From Octopus sinensis (Eukaryota): a DNA stretch of 64,000 nucleotides. The notes under the pieces were generated by a model. It was not told the origin of the DNA. It was given only the letters and a program-made list of their open reading frames with translations, and did not search any database. This document shows positions 41,801 to 52,910 of this stretch, one piece after another (the stretch's first letter is position 1; each line of letters starts with the position of its first letter). Position numbers and translations under genes: made by a program. Location: contig NC_043002.1 of NCBI RefSeq assembly GCF_006345805.1, positions 36,084,001-36,148,000 of the forward strand, read 5' to 3'.

Positions 41801-44500
41801 TTTGATTTTCACTTGCCTCAACAGGTCTTCACAAGTGTCACAAGAAGGAAGGAAGGTATGCACAGGTGAACTGACAACGTCCCAGGTAGGGGCCACGGGT
41901 TATGGCCTGACTAGTCTTGCCGGGTCTTCGGATGATGTTTTTATGTGTCTCCGACACAGGTGCCAGATGGATGGTGTTTGTTACGTGCCCACAGCACGGA
42001 GGCCAGTCGATGCGGTACTGGCTACAGCCACGTTCGGATGGTTTTCTTGTGTGCCACCGGCACTGGTACCACAAAGATACAAATTCCATTGATGTTCATC
42101 TATTTTGATTTGATTTCATTTGATTTGATCACTTGTCTCAACAGGTCTTCACAAGTGTCACAAGAAGGAAGGTATGCACAGGTGGACTGACTATGTTCCA
42201 AGTAGAGGCCACGGGTTATGGCCTGACTAGTCTTGCTGGGTCTTCGGATGGTGCTTTTATGTGCCACCGACACAGGTGCCAGATGAGGCTGGCGAACGGC
42301 CACGATCGGATGGTGTTTGTTATGAGTCCACAGCACAGAGGCCAGTCGATGCGGTACTGGCTACGGCCATGTTCGGATGGTTATCTTGTGTGCCACCGAC
42401 CCTGGTACCACAAAGATACAAATTCCATTGATGTTCATCTATTTTGATTTGTTTTGATTTGATCACTTGCCTCAACAGGTCTTCACAAGTGTCACAAGAA
42501 GGGAGGTATGCACAGGCAGACTGACTACGTCCCAGGTAGGGGCCACGGGTTACGGCCTGACAAGTCTTGCCGGGTCTTCAGATGGTGTTTTTATGTGCCA
42601 CCGACACAGGTGCCTGATGAGGCTAGCGAACGGACATGATCGGATGGTGTTTGTTACGTGCCCACAGCACGGAGGCCAGTCGATGCGGTACTGGCTACGG
42701 CCACGTTCGGATGGTTTTCTTGTGTGCCACCGGCACTGGTACCACAAAGATACAAATTCCATTGATGTTCATCTATTTTGATTTGATTTGATTTGATTTG
42801 ATCACTTGTCTCAACAGGTCTTCACAAGTGTCACAAGAAGGAAGGTATGCACAGGTGGACTGACTATGTTCCAAGTAGAGGCCACGGGTTATGGCCTGAC
42901 TAGTCTTGCTGGGTCTTCGGATGGTGCTTTTATGTGCCACCGACACAGGTGCCAGATGAGGCTGGCGAACGGCCACGATCGGATGGTGTTTGTTATGAGT
43001 CCACAGCACAGAGGCCAGTCGATGCGGTACTGGCTACGGCCATGTTCGGATGGTTATCTTGTGTGCCACCGACCCTGGTACCACAAAGATACAAATTCCA
43101 TTGATGTTCATCTATTTTGATTTGTTTTGATTTGATCACTTGCCTCAACAGGTCTTCACAAGTGTCACAAGAAGGGAGGTATGCACAGGCAGACTGACTA
43201 CGTCCCAGGTAGGGGCCACGGGTTACGGCCTGACAAGTCTTGCCGGGTCTTCAGATGGTGTTTTTATGTGCCACCGACACAGGTGCCTGATGAGGCTAGC
43301 GAACGGACATGATCGGATGGTGTTTGTTACGTGCCCACAGCACGGAGGCCAGTCGATGCGGTACTGGCTACGGCCACGTTCGGATTGTTTTCTTGTGTGC
43401 CACCGGCACTGGTACCATAAAGATACAAATTCCATTGATGTTCATCTATTTTATTTTGATTTTCACTTTCACTTGCCTCAAAAGGTCTTCACAAGTGTCA
43501 CAAGAAGGAAGGTATGCACAGGTGGACTGACTACGTCCCAGGTTGGGGCCACGGATTATGGCCTGACTAGTCTTGCCGGGTCTTCGGATGGTGTTTTTAT
43601 GTGCCACCGACACAGGTGCCTAGTCTTGCCGGGTCTTCGGATGGTGTTTTTATGTGCCACCGACACAGGTGCCGGATGAGGCTGGCGAACGGCCACGATC
43701 GGATGGTGTTTGTTACGTGCCCACAGCACGGAGGCCAGTCGATGCAGTACTGGCTACGGCCACGTTCGGATGGTTTTCTTGTGTGCCACCGGCACTGGTA
43801 CCACAAAGATACAAATTCCATTGATGTTCATCTATTTTGATTTGATTTGATTTGATTTGATCACTTGTCTCAACAGGTCTTCACAAGTGTCACAAGAAGG
43901 AAGGTATGCACAGGTGGACTGACTACGTCCCAGGTTGGGGCCACGGATTATGGCCTGACTAGTCTTGCCGGGTCTTCGGATGGTGTTTTTATGTGCCACC
44001 GACACAGGTGCCTAGTCTTGCCGGGTCTTCGGATGGTGTTTTTATGTGCCACCGACACAGGTGCCGGATGAGGCTGGCGAACGGCCACGATCGGATGGTG
44101 TTTGTTACGTGCCCACAGCACGGAGGCCAGTCGATGCAGTACTGGCTACGGCCACGTTCGGATGGTTTTCTTGTGTGCCACCGGCACTGGTACCACAAAG
44201 ATACAAATTCCATTGATGTTCATCTATTTTGATTTGATTTGATTTGATTTGATCACTTGTCTCAACAGGTCTTCACAAGTGTCACAAGAAGGAAGGTATG
44301 CACAGGTGGACTGACTATGTTCCAAGTAGAGGCCACGGGTTCTGACCAAAATATTCTACTTGTTTTATATTCAAACTGACAAGATCTAACTTCTCACACC
44401 TACTTCACAATGTCATTCGAAAAAGATAATGCATGATTAATTCAAAACAATGTGAATAAATAAATATTTCACTTGACAGGGTAATCTGAATGCTAAAAGG
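38857..44500. mobile_element. piggyBac-type MITE split by an RTE-derived tandem array
   Basis: TTAA|CCCTTTAGCATT at 38853 and AATGCTAAAAGG|TTAA at 44489-44504; the MITE body resumes at ~44341. Confidence 0.75.
38880..44340 (-). repeat. RTE 3' end followed by ~15 tandem copies of a ~320-390 bp unit derived from its ORF end and 3' UTR
   Basis: (cat)n tail at 38880; the marker aaagata(c)aaattccattgatgttcatctatttt recurs 15 times from 39360 to 44230. Confidence 0.95.
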
Positions 44501-45804
44501 TTAAACATCATTCCACTCATGCATATTGAATCTCATTGAAAAACTGTCTCTTATCCAAACCATTATTTTCTTCCTATATTCAGTAGGATGAAAGACAAAA
44601 TCAGTCTCAGTGAAATTTAAACTCATAATATAAAAGTATTTAACTGCAAGACATTTACTCAAATAACAAAAGAGAAAAAAAACAATAAAAACATTAGAAT
44701 TTCAAGAGATTAATGACAAACAAAATTGGCAGAGAATAGGTAAGATTCAGAAATATAATAATTAGGTTTACAAGAGATACAATGATTTTAAGTGCACCAA
44801 TTGTACTGATAAAAACTCTAGGAGCACTAACTGCACCAGTTGTTATGTAGCTCCAGGTTATACTTGATAAAGTATACTTTTGGCATTAGGATACTTAATG
44901 AAACAATGTGGCACAGTCCACAAATCCATTTAACTGAAGATTGTGACAATGACATACAGTGATGACATATGGAAATTATGCATGACAATCTGGATATCCT
45001 GCTTTCTTTCCACCCTCCTGTCTCTTCCTATAGATCCTGCTGGTAACCACAGAGGAAGCAGGCAAGATGGACTCAGTCAAAGCAGATTAGTGGGATGCAT
45101 CTCAGCATAGAATTTGAAGCAAGTGAGGTTATTAATGTTACAGCTGATTTTGTCATCTCATTCATGTTCTGAGGGACAGAGATGATGTTTCAAAGATGTT
45201 TTTGTGTAGCGTTATGTATATATGTTTGGTGTTTGAAGGTGTCAGTTTTCTTCCATGTAGTGACAGGTTCTGTTATGGATGGAATTTGCAGCAACAACTG
45301 ATTGTGCTCTTGCATGTTCAAGTGGGCTTTCCTTTTTTAAGTATTATTGTTTCATTGCAAAACTGATCTATGTACAACCTCTTATGACGTTTACTGTTTT
45401 GTGTTCTTTGTTGTTTATTTGTGGTGTGTTGTGACAAGATTAAGGGGATAGGTAGATCTGGCTTAGGCCATGGTGGATCTAATGTATTGTCTGTACAGCA
45501 TTGTTGTGTTTTCTTTATGTTGACCAAATATGATATCAGTGATTTCCCAAAGTATGTTTGCATGTTTTTTCGAGGTATGTTTTCAATGTTTTAGCGAAGC
45601 GGTAATTCCTAGTATTTTGAACTTCTATACATTATACATACATCAGTACTACATTCCAGGTTTTTAATGCGGTTTATTACCTCTATGGTCAGTGTTCTTT
45701 GTTTCAAGCAGTTATGCACAACCTTCTCAGTGAACCTGTCCATTTAGTTTTATTTTGTTGTAATGTTAAGTTGAATTTTCCAATGTTCCCTAGAGATGAA
45801 TCTA

Positions 45805-46681
45805 TGAGGGGCTACCCAAAAGAAACTGAAATTTTGCAATATTATTTTATTCAATTAGTTTTACATGCTTACATTTTTATCGCCTTCAAAGTATTCTCCA
45901 TTTGAAGCAATGCATCAGTCCAGGTGTATTTCTCACTGTTTGAAGCAGTGCTGAAACTCTTGTGAAGTGATGCCTTTTAATGCTTCCGTTGATTTTTTCC
46001 TTCACCTCTTCCAAATCTGCAAATTCTGTAGCATCAGCTTTTGTCACCAGTGATGACCTTCAAAGAAAGGTCCAGATCAACTTCCAACTGTTTTTTTTTT
46101 CCGTTCATGACATGCATTCAGTCGTGACTGCTTTTGATCTTTCATGACCAAGTGAGGCACAAATTTTACTGCAACTCTTTTCACTCACAATTCCTCACTC
46201 ATAATTCTTTGGTAGGTGCTCCAGGACACACCAGTCATATCAACAAGTTCGTTAATTGTCCAGTGATGGTTCTCCAAGATCAGTTCATGAATTTTCATGA
46301 TGTTTCATGTTGTTCTTCGAGCAACAAGTGACCATTCCTAAAGCATGGAAACCACTCATAAACTTGTGTTTTGCTTATAACAGCATCTTTGTAAGCTGTT
46401 TGGAGCATGACAACTGTTTCAGCCACCATTTTCCCCAGCAGACAGCAGAATTTCATGGAAGCACACTGTTCCTTCATTTCAGCCATTGCATAAATTGACA
46501 AATAGGAAAAAAGCACTGCAAAACAAAGATGCATCACATGGCAGTATGACATCACCTGACAGCACCGGTCAGCAGACTGATACCTGATGGTTGTGTCAAG
46601 TGGCTTCTAGTGGTGGAAGCCTGAACTACAATGAGTTTGTCCCACAGAGAACATTTCCAGTTACTTTGGGGTATCCCCTTG
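45805..46681 (-). mobile_element. Mariner DNA transposon, internally deleted
   Basis: TA|TGAGGGGCTACCCAAAAG ... CTTTGGGGTATCCCCTTG|TA; - strand EQCASMKFCCLLGK.VAET..MLQTAYKDAVISKTQVYEWF..FRNG (mariner HTH). Confidence 0.9.
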
Positions 46682-47589
46682 TATGTTAGCTTTCGTGTTT
46701 CTCCTAAAGTTCATTAGCATAGCTAATGATTAAATTTTGCTCACTAACTTGAACAAAAATGAGCGTTTTTTCTTCAGCTAGAGATGTTGCTTTAGTATTA
46801 TGATCTGAAATCCAGATCATAAGACAGATTCAAAATCAAAGCTGCCCTTCTTGCATGAGAAATATAATGTCCACATTCTCAGTGATGTTGACATTTCCAG
46901 TAATGCTGAGCAGTTTCTGAGTGCTTAATTACCAGTGAGTGTGTTAAATAATAAGGCACAAAAAGAAAATGACTCTCCCCAGACACAACAGAATATGCTT
47001 CAACACACGAACTCATATAAATAATCTTGCAAACCAAATCCCAAAACGAAACATTTCATTACATTTTATTATGAACAATTTAGAAAGTCAAATATAGATT
47101 TGAGGACCATATTTTCCTAACACTATGGTATTCATTTTTTGTTCTCTTGTTGATGGATCCATCACACCTGATATTCAGGGTGGTCATGAAGTTACCTGTA
47201 GTTTTCACCTGAATGTAAAGGCTGCATTATAAAACCATTCATGCTTAGTTTTTTTTTAGAATACTTAACTTTTTTTTCATCTTACCCCCAAATATACTCA
47301 TTTGCATTCATCATAGTTCATTCCAGTGTTTGAGATTCAGTTGGTTCTTGGTCCATACAGCTTTTGGTCATCGACAAAGGAAAGATAAGAGGTGTTCCTA
47401 GATTTTAAAAAAAATGGTCATTTTTATAAACAATTTGTGATCAGGTACAATAATGATGATGCTCTCACTAACTCCATTCCGCTCTCACTAACTCCATTCT
47501 CACTACCAGGTTAAAAAAGATAAAGAGCACAACTGAGAAACCATCATCCTTTATGATGTCATTTGAATAAATGCATTACATCAGATTTG

Positions 47590-48150
47590 ATTGGTTTGCA
47601 ATCACCTCTGAAGAGTGAAGCAAGCAGTGTACCCAGTCCTGTTAGGTGTTGGATAGTAGCTACCAGTAGTTGTGAAACTTTTGTTAATGTGTAATGCTTT
47701 GATAATCTGCTCAATCAGTATATTATCAAAGATTTCTGGTAGTCCAGCCACATTAGTTACATTCCTGCAGTTCTTCACTCTTTTTTCTCCTTTGTCATTT
47801 TCTTGATTCAAATCTGTTCTACAAGGCTCCATACTTTGTTCTTTCGCCCATGATTCTCAAAAGTTAAATATTGTTGGCAGCACCTTGTATAATGTATGAG
47901 GCACCCAGCTCATACATTATTTCAAGATGTTCTGGTTGGCTCTTTTTAACAAGGTTATATTTTTCATGGGAAGGATAATAGCAGTTAACAGATATTTCAG
48001 TACATCTGATGTACTCTTCATGCTTTTCAGATCTCAACCATAAAAAGTGCGTGTAAGCATTGAATATGGCAAGGGTTTGTGCTTCACCCCACTCACTCCA
48101 TCCAGTAACAAGTTTTAGACCCATGCTGATATTCATAGCTTTGTGTGCCA
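47590..48150 (-). mobile_element. Highly degraded LINE RT fragment (R4/Dong-like)
   Basis: Stop-riddled frame contains MWLDYQKSL and LFRGD, resembling RT motifs WIDYKKAFD and FQGD. Confidence 0.4.
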
Positions 48151-48189
48151 CATCAGGCTATATGCACTTTTCCACAACACTCCACCTGC

Positions 48190-49320
48190 ATCTAATGAAG
48201 AGGACTGCTTCACCAACCTGAGCTGCCAACCTTCTGGCCACCTGGACGCCACCTTCTGGCCAGTTCCAAGCAGTTGATCATTTTGCAAGCATCTGCCAAT
48301 GTGTTGTGGACTGGTTCAACTTTTGCAGGCATCCCTGACATTTTAACATCTCTTTAGCCGAACTCTCAGCACTCCGATGTCTCTGATGCTGCAAAGATAT
48401 TATCAAAAAACCAGCTGACAAGGGTGGAGCCATGGTGGTGTGGCGTGCAGACCTCTACAAGGCTGAAGCTCTCCACCAACTTCAAGGCCCCTCCTTCTAT
48501 TGCCCTCTGCGCTCCAACCCCATGCCTAACAATAGACTGTGTCTTCCACTATCCATAATTTCATTTCTTCCACCCATCTCTCTCCCACTGCCTCCAACCT
48601 CATTGTCCACATTCTATACACCCCCACCATTTACTTCTTTCCCAAAATCCACAAGCCCAACGAACCTGGCTGCCCCATCATCTCTGCCTGCAACTGCCCT
48701 ATGGAATTGATCTCTAAATACCTTGACAATGTTCTTGTCCCTCCCCCCCAGTGGCTTCCTACATTCATCACACTAACCATGCTCTCTGTTTCTTTAATTC
48801 TTTCTCCTTTCCTTCTGGCCCCTCTAAACTTCGCTTCACTCTTGATATCAAGAGTTTATATATGGTGATCCCACACAACGAAGGAATTCTTGCTTTGAAA
48901 CACTTTCTGGACCTTTGATCCAACCCACAACCTGACACCTCCACACTTCTGCGTCTGGCTGAACTTGTTCTCTCCTTCAACTGCTTCTTGTTTGCAGGGG
49001 AATTTTACCAACAGGTCTCGAGAGTGGCCATGAGAATGGGCCCCAACTATGCGAACCTGTTCATTGGCTATGTTGAGGCCTAAATATTCTCATGATTCAC
49101 TGGTCCCACTCTTGAACTATACAGTCATTATATTGATGACTGTATTGGTGTGACCTCACTCTCCCACAAACAACTAGACTCCTTCCTCTCTTTTGTCCAA
49201 TCTTTCCATCTTAGCCTCAAATTCTCCTGCACTATTTCTAACTCTTCCATTGCATTTCTTGACATTTCTATCAGTATACACCACTCCGCTCTCACTACCT
49301 CTACTCTCACTACCTGGAGA
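48190..49320 (+). mobile_element. Penelope-like element RT fragment
   Basis: KPADKGGAMVVW, YFFPKIHKPNEPGCPIISAC, LDIKSLY..IPH.EG, VAM.MGPNYANLF, YIDD and FLDI motifs across frames. Confidence 0.85.
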
Positions 49321-49620
49321 GCATCATCCACCTAAGTGGCTGGAAGACTATGAAAGGATGTAGGTAATAGTGATTGTCAGATCGGTGGGGGGGGAGTATT
49401 GAGCTGAAGCTGTGGTAAAGGCGGAAGTGGGAGAGTGGGTAGGTCCTGTCGGGAGTCCCTGAGAATGGAAGTTCTCAAGAGAGCATGTGCAGCGGGGACA
49501 GGAAGAGGTCAGAGGGCAATCGGACAGTGTGAAGGCAAGAAATGTATGTACGACCAAGAGAAGAGAATGTCGACATGGATAGTGAGAGAATGCTCCTTAC
49601 AGATCGACAGGTAAGAAAGC

Positions 49621-50580
49621 AGTGGAGGTAAAGACAATGGACTGCACCCCTTTGAGATGTTTCTTGGTTTTTTTCTTTTTACAGGAACCCACTATATCGA
49701 GATTCTGAATCTGCAAAAAAAATATGCATTTCAAAATTTTAATCCCCCTCTCCCCCACCTAAATTTCTTAAATTTTCACTTTAAAAAAAATTTTATTTTT
49801 GACGAAATACATAGGAAAATATAGAGATTATGATTCTGAAAAAGAAATTCTGTAAAATTTCAATTTTTCAAAAAAATAAATAGATAAAAATATACACCCC
49901 CTCCCCTCTGCCCTATGACAAGAAGTGAAATTAAAGTGTTTTCTCTACTAATGTTTCATGTTGTGGTTAGAGTCTTTTGGAATTAAAAGAGGTATGTAAA
50001 AATTAGATTTTTTGCTCACACAGGCGCAACAAAATGACATTTAAAAATTTTTTTTCTCTTTTTGTAATTTGTATTTAGAAAGTTGATCCTTGGTTTGGCT
50101 GTTGTTTCTAGCTTGTCAGATTTCCGGTTGGGGCGGATTTAAATTTTGAAATTTTTTCTTTGGTAATTCATATAAAAATTTTGAAAATACGTTTCTAGCA
50201 TGTCAGGTTGTCTGTTTAGATACTTTTTGCGTCTGCTATTTTATAATTCTATGCATGCATGAAACATTAGTAGAGAAAACACTTTAATTTCACTTCTTGT
50301 CATAGGGCGATGGGGAGGGGGTGTTTATTAATTTTTTGTTTTTGAAAAATTGAATTTTGCAAAATTTTCTTATTTTTCAGAATCATAATCTCCATATTTT
50401 TCTGTGTATTTTGCACCCCCCCCCCCACCAATTTTTTTAAAGGGAAAATTTAAGAAATGGAGGAGGAATTAAAATTATGTAATGCAGATTTTTTTGCAGA
50501 TTCGGAATCTCCGCATTTGATATAGTGGGTTCCTCTGAAAAAAAAGGGGGGGGGGGCAGTCCATTGTCTTTACCTCCACC
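49621..50580. mobile_element. Foldback/MITE with ~330-bp TIRs and 8-bp TSD
   Basis: Arms 49622-49960 and 50258-50579 are reverse complements; AAGAAAGC at 49613-49620 and 50581-50588. Confidence 0.85.
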
Positions 50581-50774
50581 AAGAAAGCCTCAATTCTCCT
50601 TTTGGCAAGACTTCCTTTTGTACCCCCAACCCCCAAAACACCCCTTTTTTATATTTTATTTTTTTTTTTTGGCTACGGAGAATGCAAAATCGGTAAAAAA
50701 ATTCGCAAAATCGATATTTTGAAATTAGCAGCATACAAAGTCATATTCGTTAAATTGTTCCGAGAGAACTAAAA

Positions 50775-51165
50775 TCTCTCTCTACATAAAGCTGAAGTTG
50801 TATGTGTATGGCAGGTTTGGTACCCTTCAACTAACACTATCTCTTCCGAGACCCTGCGGCACAAGTTGACCAAAATTGAGAGTATGATAGAAGAAGGCTT
50901 GTTCTTCCTTCTGTAGAAGAAAATATTCAAATCGGACCATGTTAACACCAAAAATTATTTACATCAAAAAGGTGCTTTTTTCTATGAAAATCCCTATGTT
51001 TTACGATTTTTTGACTGCTGTGTCGCCATTTTTCGGTGTATTTCAACCAGAGAAATGTTCACTTAAAGAGAATAACAAGCTAAATAATGCAAAATTTTTA
51101 CTTTTCAAAAATTCCAATTCCAGCGGGTCGAAACAAACCCGAGCAACGCCGGGCTATACTACTAG
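50775..51165 (+). mobile_element. Non-autonomous Helitron
   Basis: A|TC 5' end; 3' GC-rich hairpin cccgagcaacgccggg followed by CTAG|T; inserted in an AT dinucleotide with no TSD. Confidence 0.75.
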
Positions 51166-52910
51166 TTTCATAATAAAGCTATTTCAAACAATAATGCCGT
51201 CATTTCTGTAGTTCACGGTTTTTATTGTAAGGGATATAACTAGGAATTACTTATCATAACTTAGTTATGTCCCTTTATCTTGTAAATCAAGCAGTCAAGT
51301 ACTGGCATCGATTAAAAGTTTTGTTTACATAAATTTTGTACATATGTTAGAAATAATTATTTATTGGAATATTTAGTGGTTGACTGGGATCGATAAAACA
51401 AGTACCAGTTGAGCACTAGAGTCGTTGTAATCGTCCGAAATTGCTGGCCTTATGCCAAAATTTGAAACCAATATAACAATAGAGATAAGGCGGCGAACAA
51501 AATGCTTAGTGGCATTTCTTCGGGTTTTGTGTTCTGAGGTGAAATTCCACCGGGGTCAACTTTACCTTTCATCCATTCGGAGGCGATAAAATAAATACCA
51601 GCCGAGCCCCGGAGATCGAGATAATCGAGGAGCCCGCTCCCACCAAATTTCCGGGCTTGTCAGTCGACGGATTGGCAAAATGGTTATGAGAGGACACAGG
51701 GATTTGCAGTATTTAGTACTAGACATTTAAATTCTGGATACAAATCTCGCCAAGATGTACTATATCTTTCATCTTTCCGGCGGTCAGTAAAATAGGTAGT
51801 TGTTTAGTACTGGAGTCGATAAATGGACGAAAATCACTATCGCCAAATGTGAGCCTTTGTAACTTAGTCAAAAATTGAATTAACGGGGGAATATCACGAA
51901 GATATAACTTCTGAGTCAAACTAAGCCAATTAATCTTTTGTATTGTAGACGTTGATTCTGTTAAAGTTTAAATAATCCAGAAGGTATTAAAATCTTAAAA
52001 TACTTGTAGTGAATCTCACAGAGATATCACATGTCATTCAAATAAGTTTATGTCTTTCGAAAAATTATTAATAAAATGGTCAAAAATGCAGCGCTCCCGT
52101 GAAGAGTGACCTCCCTTGTACTACAAAAGTGCCTTTTCTCTGCTTGCATTTCCCCCCATGACTTCTATTACCTCTATTAAAATTATATCATGATTTCATC
52201 GCAAAAGTGATATTATTTTTCACGACAAACACATAACAAACCATATCCACTCGTCGGTACTGTCTATTGATATGGTACCATCTCCAAATCACCCCCAAAA
52301 TCAATATGAGGCAATAAAAACATTCGAGTAACTTCGAATGGAGAAAATAAATATACTATTGTCAGCTACGTAAGATTAACGGGGGGGGGGTACAATTGTG
52401 TAAAGAAAAGGCATAACTGTGTTGTAAGAAATGTGTTTCTCAACCACATGCTCTCGGTTTCAGTCCCACTACATGACACCTCAAGCCGACCAAAGCTTTA
52501 TGAGTGGACAGAAAGTGAAAGAAGCTCGTTGTGTGTGTGTGTGTGAGGCACGTAGCTACGGGGGGGGGGTGCTCAGCACCCCCAGTTAGGATCCTCTCAG
52601 CCCCTCCACCCCAGTTTAAGAATTTGTTTTATCCACATTGTCGCCACCTTTCTCATAAGCAATATCTGAAGTCGCTAAAGATGCAATAAATTGAATTTCT
52701 TTTGAGTTAGTAGTTCGTGATATGAAAATGTGGGTAAATTAGAGCTGGTCAAAGTGTCTGTTGTAGCTGTAATTGTTGTCACAGAATTGGCTGCTGACCC
52801 CGTCATCAACTGTGGGTTGAATTAAGGAGTGGGTGATACTGGGTCAGTTGTTGTTGTTGTTGTGGGTCTCGTGGTGGCGACGGTGGTGCTGGTGATTGTC
52901 CTTGTTGCTG

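Noticed and set aside
38905-44232. Many 60-180 aa ORFs in the tandem array
   Set aside because: Translations of a repeated LINE 3' UTR on both strands with no coding signature.
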